A stretch of 64,000 bases of DNA, taken from contig NC_087438.1 in NCBI RefSeq assembly GCF_036321535.1, positions 2,048,001 through 2,112,000 on the forward strand, given 5' to 3'. A program made the position numbers and the translations under genes. The DNA is from Camelus dromedarius (taxonomy: Eukaryota). The notes below the pieces were generated by a model. The model worked only from the letters and a program-made list of their open reading frames with translations, was not told the DNA's origin and searched no databases. How positions within the stretch are numbered: the first letter of the stretch is position 1; every line of letters starts with the position of its first letter. Positions 49,500-60,974 of this stretch are shown piece after piece.

Positions 49500-49582
49500 T
49501 GTGTTTCTTCACTGATTTATTTCTGGGGCTCAGAACAGGGCCTGGTACCCAGTAGGCATGCAATAAATACAGGTTGAATAAG
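49500..49582 (+). mobile_element. L2 LINE 3' end
   Basis: tcttcactgatttatttctggggctcagaacagggcctggtacccagtaggcatgcaataaatacaggttgaataa is a typical L2 terminus. Confidence 0.75.
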
Positions 49583-50599
49583 CAGAGACAGACACCCTCA
49601 CTTGGAATCTACGAAGGCTGGCAAGTACGTAGGAGGTGAAAACAGCAAGGCGGAGACGCCCTCTCGCGTCCTCTGTCTCCAAGGGCCAGAAGACTTACCT
49701 CCATCAGCCGAGGCCATCCAGTGACTTTCTGGGTTCATCCTCCCTCATTCTTGGTGGTGCCAAGAGTCTTCTGAGGCTAGACCAAGGTTCCAATGTAAGG
49801 AGATCATGTACTTTGCCGGCTGGGGTAGTTCTCTGGATGCCCCTTTGTCCTCCACGACTGACCTCTGGCCTCAGGGGGTGGCTGGCCGTGCCCCTCGTCT
49901 GGACCTCAAGGGCACTTGGGACATGCGGCGTGGCTGCCCCCACACAGAGTCACAGACACAGGCCTCTTTCTCTGCCTGGGCGGGACAGAGGGGACGCTGG
50001 GGGGCTGGCAGGAGGTGGGAGACATGGTGCCCTTTTGGGGCCCCCAGACTCTCCTCCACTTGCCATCACAGCCCCCTCCCTGTGGACCTTGCCCCAGGGG
50101 ACAGAACACCCCCTTCCCCAGGAGACACTTCAAGAGCCTTCTAGATTTTCTTTCCAGCCCCTGGGGTTTCTACGTTGTCCTAAGGCAGGGACCTAAAGCC
50201 CTTCTATTCTTCACAATTTGTTTGTTTTTTAAGGAAAAACCCTTTCTGTCTGTGGGGCACACTTGATTCTAGGAGGCATTTCTGTTTCTGAAACCAACCC
50301 CCAGCCTCCCCACTGTTCCTGGAAGCAGAGGCTCCCCCCACCACTGCCCCCTGGGGAGGGGGCACTGGGTGGGATTGGGGTGATGTCGGGGACTGGTCCC
50401 CCCTCTCAGCCTGACCGCCTGAGGCCCAGACGCCTGGGGGTTAGGGCTGTGAAAGGCCTGGACCATGCAGGTGACGGGTCCCCATGAAGACAGGTCGTGG
50501 GTTCCCCTAAACACATGTTTAAAGATTCCCTTGCTGTGGGAGATGCTCCATTTGAGCTTGACTCTCTCTCTCTGTGTGTGTTTGTGTATATGTATATAA

Positions 50600-50720
50600 T
50601 TTTTTTTGACAGGAAGGTAACTAGGTTTATTTATTTATTGTAATGCAGGTACTGGGGGTAGAACCCAGGACCTCGTGCATGCTGAGCGCTCACTCCACTA
50701 CCGAGCTATACCCTCCCCCC
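50600..50720 (-). mobile_element. tRNA-derived SINE, camelid vic-1 type
   Basis: Minus strand reads GGGGAGGGTATAGCTCGGTAGTGGAGTGAGCGCTCAGCATGCACGAGGTCCTGGGTTCTACCCCCAGTACC, then (AATA)n, AACCTAGTTACC and poly(A). Pol III A and B boxes are visible. Confidence 0.93.
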
Positions 50721-50732
50721 TATCTTTTATAT

Positions 50733-50826
50733 ATTTTAATTTAGTTTTGAAACAAATTTAAGTTAACAGAAAATTGTAAATAGAATGCAGAGGGTGTCAA
50801 CTCTTTACCTAGCTTTCCCAGTGTTT
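50733..50826 (-). mobile_element. Old L1 (L1MC-like) 3' terminal fragment
   Basis: ttttgaaacaaatttaagttaacagaaaattgtaaatagaatgcagag...tttacctagctttcccagtgtt. Confidence 0.6.
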
Positions 50827-51021
50827 TCTTTTTTCAAATAGAAATGTTAAAATTTGCAAAAATTATTTTTTTTTAACATTTTCTGTGTTTGAACCAGGAG
50901 AATCATCCAGCACCACTCAGTCCACACTCCTGCCAAAGCTGAACCCGGCTCAAATCCCTGAAGAGGCTTTCTGATAGTGCTTTGTTTAATAGGCTTCCGT
51001 CCAGTAGTAAGTCCCTCTGGA

Positions 51022-51242
51022 GTATGTGTGTGTGATGGGTGGTGTGTATGTGTGTGTGTGTGGTGTATGGGGTGTGTGTCCATGTGTATATGTGTGTGTG
51101 GTATATGTATGCATGCACACGTGTATGTGTGTGGCGTGCACGTGTGTGGCACATATGTATACGTGTGTTGTGTGTGTGGTGTGTGAGTGACGGGTGGTAT
51201 CTATGTGCATGGTGTGTGTCTATGGTGTGTGCATGTGCGTGG
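51022..51242. repeat. Degenerate (TG)n low-complexity tract
   Basis: About 220 bp of TG/TGG/TA alternation. Confidence 0.95.
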
Positions 51243-51264
51243 GCTGTGTTTCCACCTGCCCAGC

Positions 51265-52620
51265 TAAGGCGCCGCGGTCACACAGTCCGGGCCACCGGGC
51301 GGCGGGCAGTGTGAGGGGACCCTCTCCCTCTGACGGCAGAGCCCGGTCCCGGCCAGTCAGCGGCAGAGGCACCAGCCCGCCTCAGTGCAACAAACCACTC
51401 CGGCGTGAAGTTCCCCGAGGGGGCGGCTTGGGGCACTTGGCCTGCTGGTTTCCGGCTCGGGTGGGCGCAGGGGGTTTAAGGCATGGGCAGGGGCTTGCCC
51501 CCTCCTTTGGGAAAGAAGCGAGACCTGTCCCCTTGGCCGTGTGAGACCACGGATTGTTCCCAGTGACAGCACAGCTGATGGCTTTTAAATATCAGAGTCT
51601 TTGAGTGGCCAGGAAACTGGCTATTTTTGCTGTGATGTTGGCCTGATCCCCATAAAAGAGCGGGCATGCGACATGGAGTCCACAGCCCGGCGGCCTCCCT
51701 GGCCACCGTCAGGCCGGACACCCTCCCCGCCCCGCCCCCCCCCCCGCCCCCCCGCAGAGGGACTGCGGGCAGGGCCCCCCGGGGCTCTCAGCCGGGGCTC
51801 AGCGCCAGCAGCGCCGGGCCTCTTGCTCTGGCCTCAGATGGCGCCTTGGAGGGGTCGGCAGAGGACTTCGTTAATCTAGTTGGCGATTGTTTTTCTCTTT
51901 AAAGGTGATGACTTTGAACCTCTCCTCACACGGCGGCGATGGAACAAATTGCAGTGGGATCTGAGCCTTCCCCCCACGTTCTCTCAGCTAAGGGAACTGA
52001 CCCCGCAGCCCGTGCCCTCCCGCGGCAGAGCCCGGGGCGCCCGCCGAGGCGGCCCCGGGGCCGAGTCCCAGCGGAGGGCGCGGGCGCGCCTGCCTGGGGA
52101 CAGGGGTGACGCCACGTAACAGGAAGCCCGGCGACGCCGGCAGACGCTGACGTCACGTGGAGGCCGCGGCCGCCGTCCCCTCGGCCGGGAGCAGGAAGCG
52201 CTGATGCCCGGGCGTCCGGCGATGCCAGTCACGGCGGCGACCGGCGCGGCGCGGTTAATGTTTTGTGGCGTTTACGACCCGCTGTGAGAGGTTTCTTCTG
52301 CAGACGCTCTCCCCGGACTTCTTCGTTTTCACCCAGATTTTTTTTTTCAAACCACAAAAGAAACAGGACAATATGTGAAGGTTCATTAATTCTCTTTGGT
52401 TTTGATTTCCCCTTCTCTTTCTCGCTCGCCTCCTCCTGGAGGTTAAACAAGAGGCCTGTCCCCAGGCTTCCCATAAACTCTGGTTCACGGGAGGGTGAGG
52501 GGGAGGCAGCGAGCAGCCGGCCCTCCTCCGGCCCCCGGCCTCCCGCGCCCGCCGGCTTACAGCCTCCCTGATCACCAGTTACACAGCCAGGAACAATGGA
52601 CCCACCGCTTTAGTGCCCGG
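51265..52620. promoter_or_regulatory. CpG island / probable promoter with CRE, E-box, ETS and GC-box motifs
   Basis: Densest CpG region of the window (core ~51660-52320). TGACGCCA at 52107-52114, CAGGAAG at 52120-52126, TGACGTCACGTGG at 52148-52160, CAGGAAG at 52192-52198, GC boxes at 51725-51753, CAGATGGCGCC (YY1/CTCF-like) at 51835-51845. Confidence 0.75.
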
Positions 52621-53330
52621 GCCTCAAATTTGCCTTGATTTGCCAGTGTGTGTCATAGCAACACTCCCTTTGCGGGTCGGCAGAGCCTAATTACAGGATG
52701 AAGATGGATTGAGGCCTGAGCAAAGCTCGCCCGGGGACAAGTTTTTGGCTCCCCGCCCCCCATCCCGCTGGACCCTGACCCCTGGCTGCCCTGAGCGCCC
52801 ACCTGACCCGGGGCTGCTGAAAGAACTGGCCGGCTCCTGGGGTCCTTTCAAGTCCCTGCAGAGGGAGGAGGCGGCCGGGGTGCAGCCCCTCTGGGAGCCA
52901 GGAAGACAGATCCTGGGACAGGGCGGAGGGCTGGCTCCGTTTCCCTGGACAACGGTGTGGAGACGTGTGACTCCAGGATCCCGGGTGAACCAAAGCCTGT
53001 CCTGGCTTGCGGCCCAGGCGGTGTCCAGGACAAGGGCTGCAGCTCTGTTCTCCTCCCTTGTAAATGGCGAGGAAAGGAACGGGTGTGAACTGGAGGAAAA
53101 CTGAAGTAGCATTTCCAAAGTAAAGAGGCCGGTTCGAACAGACAAAACATGGACACCACCGCTTATTTAAAAAAACGTGTTTTTGATCCACCCATCGGCC
53201 ACTGGGGGACCCCTTCCTCAAGAACCGAGCCCCTGAGAGAGGAGAGCTGATCACAGCAGGCAAGTGCCAGGAGGATCCACGAAGGCACAGCGGTCAGACC
53301 CCCAGCGGGCAGTGGTTCTCAAAATGGCCC

Positions 53331-53714
53331 GTGTCTATGTCTCTGGTATTCAGACACAAAGGACTGCAGTGGCCTAAAATGGCAGAGCTTTACTCCCATG
53401 GTCCTGGAGGAAGTTGAAGTGTGGGCAGGGCCGTGCTGTCTCCCAGGGCTCCGGGGAGGGTCCTTCCCACCTCCTCCAGACACCTGCAGAATCCCGGGCT
53501 CAGAGATGCAGCCTGGGCTTGGGGATGAAGCCCTGGGCTTGGAGACGCACCCTGGGCTTGGAGACACACCGTGGTCTCTGAGATGCAGCCCTTCCGTGTC
53601 TGCTCCTTCTGCCCCTGCATCTCTGTTCTCTCTTTATCAGGACACCAGTCCCCAGATAAGGTCCCTGGCTACTCCTGCAAGATGTTCTCTTAACCGATGG
53701 CCTCTGCAAAGACC
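53331..53714 (-). mobile_element. MaLR (MLT1) LTR, left part, interrupted by an ERV LTR
   Basis: gtggcctaaaatggcagagctttactc...ctggagg, ggctccggggagggtccttccc, tttatcaggacaccagtc; ends tctgcaaagacc. Confidence 0.8.
53493..53588. repeat. 19-20-bp minisatellite, 5 copies, inside the MLT1
   Basis: cccgggctcagagatgcag / cctgggcttggggatgaagc / cctgggcttggagacgcac / cctgggcttggagacacac / cgtggtctctgagatgcag. Confidence 0.88.
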
Positions 53715-54228
53715 TGATAAAAGAAATGCTCCCCTCCTGAGATGTAGGGAAATCATTCTGGCTCATACAGGAGTGAACTCGAGTACCATGCTAACTGAAA
53801 TAGTCTGTCTATGGCTTATCAAATGTACACTGTCTGTCTGCTTTAATCATTAAAGAAAAGGGCACTCTGACCGGAAGTGAGGAAAGTCCACGTGGAAAAT
53901 AAAGAGTAAATGCCCCTCTTCCCAGTGTGTCAGCGCTGGTCCTCCTGGGATGGTAAGACCCCTCCCCGGGGCCAAGTCCAGACTGCCTGGTCACGTACAT
54001 GCTGGGCTGTTTTCTCTTTGTTCCTTTGAAGACTTGAAGGACTGTAACCCTGGTTTGCTAAATGTTCTTTGTTCTGACGAGACATAAGGCTGTGCTAAGA
54101 TCCTGCTTCTCCGGAGCAGTTTCTTGGTGGAATCTGGGAGGTGGGCTTCCAGGCTGGTCCTCAGTTTGGCTCAAATAAAATTCTTTTCTATCTTATTACT
54201 GATTGTGTATTAATTATTTTCACTGACA
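53715..54228 (+). mobile_element. Complete ERV (probably ERV1/class I) solo LTR, 514 bp
   Basis: TG...CA termini, 4-bp flanks GACC/GATC, and gtcctcagtttggctcaAATAAA poly(A) signal at 54174-54179. Removing it rejoins the MLT1 as tctgcaaagacc|aaattccaaataagg. Confidence 0.85.
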
Positions 54229-54232
54229 GATC

Positions 54233-54300
54233 AAATTCCAAATAAGGCCCTGGGGGTCGGGTTTTGAACATATCTTTTGAAGGGACTTTATGCACCGACA
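54233..54300 (-). mobile_element. MaLR (MLT1) LTR, right part
   Basis: ttccaaataaggccctgggggtcgggttttgaacatatcttttgaagggac matches the equivalent ends of the MLT1 copies near 27040-27110 and 33378-33445. Confidence 0.8.
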
Positions 54301-55265
54301 GTGAGCTCTGACCATGATGCTAAACAGAGAACAGTCATGAAGAAGAAACCTTTCTCTCTCCCTGCTGCCCGCTTCCAAAGCCTTCTCTGTCCAAGGCACC
54401 TCTGAGCTTCCAAGACACCTCACGTGGAAGAGTGAAGAACTGCATGTGTGTGCAGAGCCTCGCCTTCAACATCGACTCAGGGAAACACTGAATCCAAGGA
54501 TGAAAGGAAATATTAAGATTCAAATGAGGACAACCACACAGTAAAGACTGTTCTCAAAACTACTTCCTTCTTCCTCTGAGTTCCCACTTATGGCCGACAT
54601 GTATATACTTAAGATGACGGTGCCCCCTCCTGCCTGAACGATATGGTTATCATAAAACGTAGGTTGTTACAGAGCTAGACTGTATTGGTAGCATCTTTTC
54701 CCTTGAGAAAGAAAGTAAAAAATAGCTTGGCCACGGTTGGAGTCAGGCCCAGTTTTCATCCTAATTTGCTTTTTGTGAGATAAACTTAGCCCTTAGAAAT
54801 ACGATATTTCTTCATGGTTTGATGCTACAGTTATAATAATAAAAATCTTTGGCACTCTTCACCCTGAGAAATATTTTGAAGTCTGGAAAAAATAAAATTA
54901 TTAAAAACAAGAGCAACAACAAAACTGTGATTTCACTCCAATTCCAATCCAGGGAAAATGCGGACTTCCTTCAGCATTGCTTGCCAAGGGAAATCGATGC
55001 CTTAATTGAGGGCAGTTGTCATATTTTGCAGTCTCATCTGTAGAGAGTTATTCAAACTATCTGGGAACTAACGCACAGAAAAGGAGGAACGAATGTGCAT
55101 GGTCTGTGGTCTGACTCCTCACAGCACACCACATGGTCTATGCTAAATTTAGCCAAATAACGTTTTCTTTCCTTTGATCTCCCGTAATGGCCACAGTACA
55201 AACTCTGGGTCACAAAACATCGAGCTGATTCTTACTGTGATGCAGGCAGCTGAGAAGTTTTTAAG

Positions 55266-55850
55266 TTTTTATTTTTTTTTCATTAAAATGTTTTTAATTG
55301 AAGTATTGTTGGTTTACAATGTTGTATTAATTTCTGGTGTACAGCTCAGTGATTCAGTTATACATACAGATTATATATATATTCCTTTTCATGTTCTTTT
55401 TCATTTTAGGCAATTATAAGGTATTGAATATAGTTCCCTGTGCTCTGCAGTAGGACCTTGTTGTTTATCTGTTTTCTGTATGGAAGTATATAATCTGTTA
55501 ATCACAAACTCCTACTTTATCCCTTCCCTCCTCCTTTCCTCCGGTAACCGTAAGTTTGTTTTCTATGTCTGTGAGTCTGTTTCTGTTTTGTAAATAAGTT
55601 CATTTGTGCCATATTTTAGATTCCACATATAAGAATTATCATGTGGTATTTTTCTTTCTCTTTCTGGCTGACTTTACTTACTATGATAATCTCCAGGTCC
55701 ATCCATGTTGCTGCAAATGGCACTACTTCATTATTTTTTATGGCTGAGTAGTATTCCATTGTATAAACACACCACAACGTCTCTATCCAGCCCTCTGTCC
55801 ATGAACATTTAGGTGGCTGCTCCCACATCTTGGCTGCTGTGAACACCGAG
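55266..55850 (-). mobile_element. 5'-truncated L1 (artiodactyl/camelid type): ORF2 C-terminus, 3'UTR and poly(A)
   Basis: Translates to WCVYTMEYYSAIKNNEVVPFAATWMDLEIIIVSKVSQKEKEKYHMI (L1 ORF2 end); poly(T) on the + strand. Confidence 0.97.
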
Positions 55851-57059
55851 GCAGATGTGCAGTTTCTTAAACCCTCCTTTCTCCCCATCTTGTGTTCACA
55901 GGCCTCATCTCACATTTTTCCTCCCTTTGTTAGGTCTGAACACGTCTGGAATCTTACTAAACTGCTCCAGCTCTGAAGGCCTCTGTTCAGCTTTACCGCA
56001 TGTGTTCCCCCAGACAGCTGAGTCTACAAGCAGCTCTCCTCTGGGAGGACCCGGGAGCTCCAGGCCCAGCGAGAGCCAGCAGTGCCCGTGCCACCCCTGT
56101 GGCCGGGGGGAGGGGGCGCTGCGAGTGGTGGGGGGCACAGATGCAGCCTTGTCCCCCACCCCAAGCCGGAGCCCCAGGCTCCCCACCTGAGACTGAGGCG
56201 TCCGGCTGGGGCATCGGGGGCCTCCTGGTTCACGGGAGTTGCAGGAAGCACATTTTCTCATTTCTCTGTGTGATGCTTTGACATCCTGTATCTTGCTGAG
56301 CCGAGAGGACGGCCGCTCCCTGGCCGGCTCACACCCAGTGATACCAAGCAGTGCCTGTCAGCCTGCCTTCCACTCACCAACCGGCCACCCCGGAGCCATA
56401 CCCACCACCATCTTTCACTCTGGGCCACGGTCCTGCTGGCCTCTGCACCCCAGGGCGGGCCGTGACAGCTCAGGACAGCCCCGGGGCCCTTGGGAACTGC
56501 CCACACTGCCAGGTCTAAGGCTGCTCACCTGCCCCCTCCATTCCTTCCCACAGAAACCACAGCGAGTAGTCCTGCCACGTCCCCCCCACACACACACTGA
56601 CCAGTGCCTGCATGTGTGGCCCCACGGCAGGCTGGACCCGGCTCTGCAGGGACGTGTGAGGATGAAACTTTCTTCCTCTGGGGAGAGTCATTCTGTGTCT
56701 GTGAACCCAACCATTCCCGATCCAAACAGACCCCAGACCCCCATGGAAGCAGCTGTAACGCTTAGAGTTAGAGGGCGGCCACACCCTCCTGTGTGTCTTG
56801 ACACCGGGTCAGAAGACGGCCCCTCCTTCTCACCGGATCATGGACTTCAAAGCGCCGTCCTGCCCCAGGCCCCCGTCTCCCCGGCCTCCCCGCGGGAACG
56901 CAGAGAGAGTCCCACCTGTTTCCAGGACGCCGAGTCGTCACGGTGACCCAGCCCCGCCCTGGCTGGGAGTGTCCCACCTGAAGAGGTCTGCTCAGCGAGG
57001 ACTGACTTCAGCTCCGGGAGCTGGCCCAGAGGGCTCGTCCTTAGCGGACGTGGAAATCT

Positions 57060-57120
57060 TCTTTTTAGATTCCTCCCTCTTTCTTCCTTTCCTTCCTTCC
57101 TTCTTTCCTTCTTTCTTACT
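57060..57120. repeat. Short CT-rich/(CCTT)n tract
   Basis: tcctccctctttcttcctttccttccttccttctttccttctttctt. Confidence 0.8.
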
Positions 57121-57132
57121 GATTTTTTGGTG

Positions 57133-57255
57133 TTTTTTTAAAAGGGAATGGTAATTAGGTTTATCTAGTTTTCTTTTAACGGAGGTCCTGGGGGTTGAAC
57201 CCAGGACCTCGTGCCTGCTAAGCACACACTCTACCACCCAGCTGCACCCTCCCCC
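57133..57255 (-). mobile_element. tRNA-derived SINE, camelid vic-1 type (second copy)
   Basis: Minus strand reads GGGGAGGGTGCAGCTGGGTGGTAGAGTGTGTGCTTAGCAGGCACGAGGTCCTGGGTTCAACCCCCAGGACCTCC...AAACCTAATTACC, colinear with 50600-50720. Confidence 0.93.
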
Positions 57256-59869
57256 ATTTCCTATTTATTTCTTAGCTGTAAGTTGATTTATGCTTATACA
57301 AAACGGTGATTTTCACGTGGGCCATAGAAAGAGCATTCATTTCCCCTCCCAGTGTTGAAACGGAACCAACATCATGGGGAGGCAGGACCCTGTGTCCCCA
57401 TTCCCTGGTTCTGTGATTACTCACCGGCCGGCCCCAGAAAAGAGGCTGAACATCCCCGAGCCTCCGTGTCCTTTCACGCAGAACCAGTGGGTTGGAGGGA
57501 GACATTCACGTTTACTCCCAGATATGAGGTTCCAGCACCCGCCACCACCTCTCGGGTTTAGACAGTTCAGTCTGTCTTGAATCACCCCAGAGGGCAGGCG
57601 GGAAAGACTCCAGAAATTGTTTTTCAAGTGACTTTATAAATATCAATAAATATCGCTAAATCAACATCCAGGTGTCAGCAGCTCACGTTCAGCCTGTTTT
57701 ACTCAATGACTCGTGTTGGGTGGCAAGTCCTTTGGAAGGAGAGACGTGGGGAAATCCCAGCGAAGGGAGCTGGTTTCCTGTTGGGGGTTTGAACCTGGCG
57801 CATGCATGGTGGCTGCCACCTCTCTGATCCTACCATCTCTAACCTGCACACCCGCCTCCGGCCGGCCTGCCTGCGAGCCTGGCCAGCCCCAGCTGCATGC
57901 CTGGGGCCGGTGTCAGAGCCTGAAGGCAAGAGAGGTGCTCCTCCGTCCAGGGAACAGGCGATGTTTCATTTGAGAAGAGACGCTCATTAAGAGGAGAAAA
58001 TGTGGAATTTTCTGCCCCACAAACTCAGCAACGTCAAGTATGCCAAAGCGTGGGTGTCCACATCGCTCTTTGAAATTGGAGCTGGGCCTTTGTAAATCGC
58101 CCCCACATTACCGCCTGCATCACCATGCGTGTCTGAGAACACCCCACGCACTGCGCTCACCAGACAGGAATGCTGGGCGCACGCCTCACCTCGCAGGATG
58201 AGCAGGGGGTGCGGAGGCCGGTCTGTCATCTTCCTTAAGCGCATCTCAATGACCTTCAACGCCCTCCGGCCAGCCTCCCCAGTGCACCTCCCACAACAAC
58301 AATGAATCATTTGTGAGCAATTACCACCTGGAATAAAGGAGCTGGATCTCAACAAGGGGGCGTGCCCGGGGCAGAGCTGCACAGAACTGGCTGGTGGGGA
58401 GGCCTTGGGGCTTCCATGACTCACCTGCCCAGCGCTTGGCTAATGGTTAAACAGCCAGGGGCCTCAGCTGCCCAGGCCCACGCTCGGGAGACAGTGCCAG
58501 CGCCGTCAGCGTCAGTGGGCCTGGGGACAATACACCCCTTTGTGTCTCCCACCTCAGCCCGGATTTAGTAATGTTTTCACTTACGGGGGACAAGCTCCAG
58601 CAGGCAGCGGGCGAGTGTCTGCACCGAATGGCTGCTTTCTGGGGTGTTGTAGGGGAACGTGCCCGGGGCCGGGGTGCACCGTCCTGGGAGGGAGGCAGCT
58701 CCCGAGAAGCTGTGAGCTCTCCTGCAGGACCAGGGTCCCCACGCCCCCGACCGCAGTGACACAAAGCACGCTGCGAGCAGCCTCTCTGCGGCTTCTGCAG
58801 CGAAGACTGGTTCGGGAGGCGCTGCTTTGTGTGTCTGCAGTCGGTCACCTGAACACAGAAGCAACGCGTGAGATGTGCTGGACGTCTGTCACAAGAAGTC
58901 GCCTCTCCCTTGATGAGTCACACGTTGGGAAGATTGTGCGGACCCCGGCTCCCCGGGGCCAGTTGTCCCCCACTCCCCGCCCCGTCCGTCTCCGCCACCC
59001 TCCGTCTTCCCACCCCCACCGCAACCTTCAGATCGACTTTGGGACGTCGCTGGAGGACAGGTCACCAACCCCTATGGCCTGTGTGTGTCCCTCTGTCCCC
59101 GCCCACACCGCACCTGCCATGCGTCCTTTTCTCTCCACAAAGATGGGTGAGTCACCACAAGTGACCCGGGGTGGGAACAGTCACCTCCCCTCGAAGCAGA
59201 TCTTCCAGCCCTAAGGTACATTTTTATTTCCCTTTTATAAAAAGATGGTGAAGTCTAATAACTGAGCGGGAGGGCCCGGCCGAGCCAGCTCACGGGACCG
59301 GCGGCCCTTCCTGGCTGGGCGAGCCCGCCGGCCTGCAGGTCCCCCTCGGGGAGGGCAGGTTGTCTACACCTGCAGAGGGGTGGAAAAGCCGCGGGGTGGA
59401 GTGTGCGGCTGCAGTGGGGGGCTCCCTCAGTGCTGCCCCAGCTCCAGGAGCCTCTGCATCTGGGCATCTGCCTTGTGAGAACGTCCCCACGAGGAGGCCA
59501 TCCCTGGACGCAGCTGGGCTCCCTGAGGACCAGCCTTGACCCCGGGGTCAGCAGAGTCATTCTGGCGCCCGGTTCTCTCGACCACTCATTCCAGGGATGG
59601 GGACGGCCTGCAGCGTGCACCCCCAAAGGGGCGGGATTACAGCGGCCAAGTGGCTGTCGACTCTGCGTTGACGTCGCCAAGAGTGAGCCACACAAGGTAC
59701 TGCAGAGGGAAGGGCCTGGCTGAGGTCCTGGGTGAGGATAAGGCCACTGCGCCTGGAGCCACGCTCTGAGGGGACAGGTGGTCACTGAGGGAACCGGGGA
59801 CACCTCCTGGCCACTGTGAGTGGGGGCCCCGGAGTCCATCCTGGCACCACAGGGAGACTGTGAGGCATG

Positions 59870-60735
59870 TTTTCTTCAATGGATGTTTTTAGGGCAGTTT
59901 TAGGTTTACAGGAAAACTGAGGGACAAGTAGAGAGAGCTCCCGCATTTTCCCGTACAGCCCCCAAACACAGGGACGTCCCCCCACCGTTAGCACCTTGTC
60001 TCAGTGAGGCGCCTTTGTTACAGTTGACGAACCAATATTACCACCATGTTATTAACTGAAGTCCGCAGTTTACATCGGGGACCATCACGTGTCGCACGTT
60101 CTCTGGGTCTGGGCACACGAGGAACGACGTGGATCCTCCATCGCCGTGCCCTACAGGGTAGTTTTGCTGCCTGAGAGCCCCCTGCGCTCCACCTGCCCGC
60201 CCCTGCCTCCTTTGCCCCCGGGCCTGCGACCACTGGTCTTTTTACTGGTTTGCCTTTTCCAGAAAGTGTGGGGCTTCGCCAGGCTGCCTTCTGTCAATTA
60301 TCAACACACATTTAAGGTTCTTCGTGCCTTTTTGTAGCTCTGTAGCCCATTCCTTATTTTACCACTGAATAAGATTCCGTCGTCTGGCAGTTCCACAGTA
60401 CCTGTATCCACTCACCTACTGAGGGACACCTCCGCCTTCCAGAGTTTTGGCAATTATAGACAAAGGTGCAGTGCATGCTCACGTGCAGGTTTTTGTGTGG
60501 TCGTAAGTTTTTAACTCATTTGGATAAAGACCAAGTAATGCGACGCATGACCATTTGGTAAGAGTGTGTTTAGTTTTGTAGGAAACCACCAAGCTGTCTT
60601 CCAAGGCAGCAGTGAATTTTGCATTCTCACCAGCACTGAGTGAGAGCTCCTGTCGTTCCACATCCTCATCAGCATTGGGTGCCGTCAGGGCTTTAGACAA
60701 TACGCGTATTAGCCATCGTCTCAGGTGTCAAGTGG
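59870..60735 (-). mobile_element. Old L1 (L1MC-like) 3' region with ORF2 C-terminal remnant
   Basis: tttttagggcagttttaggtttacaggaaaactgag... 3' end. The minus strand encodes EDVERQELSLSAGENAK...LLGLYPNELKTY.HTKTCT (L1 ORF2-like). Confidence 0.92.
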
Positions 60736-60974
60736 GCCGTGAGACGTTGTCACCAGAGGGTCACATGAACTGAGTGACATTTTGGAAGGATGCTCCTGGC
60801 AGCTCCGGCATGGGGTGACGGAGCTTTGAATTTCCTTTGGGAACTCGGTAAAGGTGTCAGGCAAGACCCAGTTTTCTAATCTGAAGCTTGGGGGAGAGAG
60901 CAGACTCGGGGCTCACGCTAGAGCACCCCCAGCTCATGCTGACCACTCTCTCTCTCCTCTGGCCCCGTATTTCC

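Noticed and set aside
50640..50720. tRNA-like sequence with A and B boxes (also at 57180-57255)
   Set aside because: SINE head with degenerate stems and an A-rich tail, not a tRNA gene.
53493..53588. Short direct repeats resembling a CRISPR array (also 11725-11787 and 29361-29404)
   Set aside because: Head-to-tail units with no unique spacers, no cas genes, and mammalian context.
55616..55888. 90-aa ORF with a real-protein look
   Set aside because: It is the L1 ORF2 C-terminus of a truncated retrotransposon, not a host gene.
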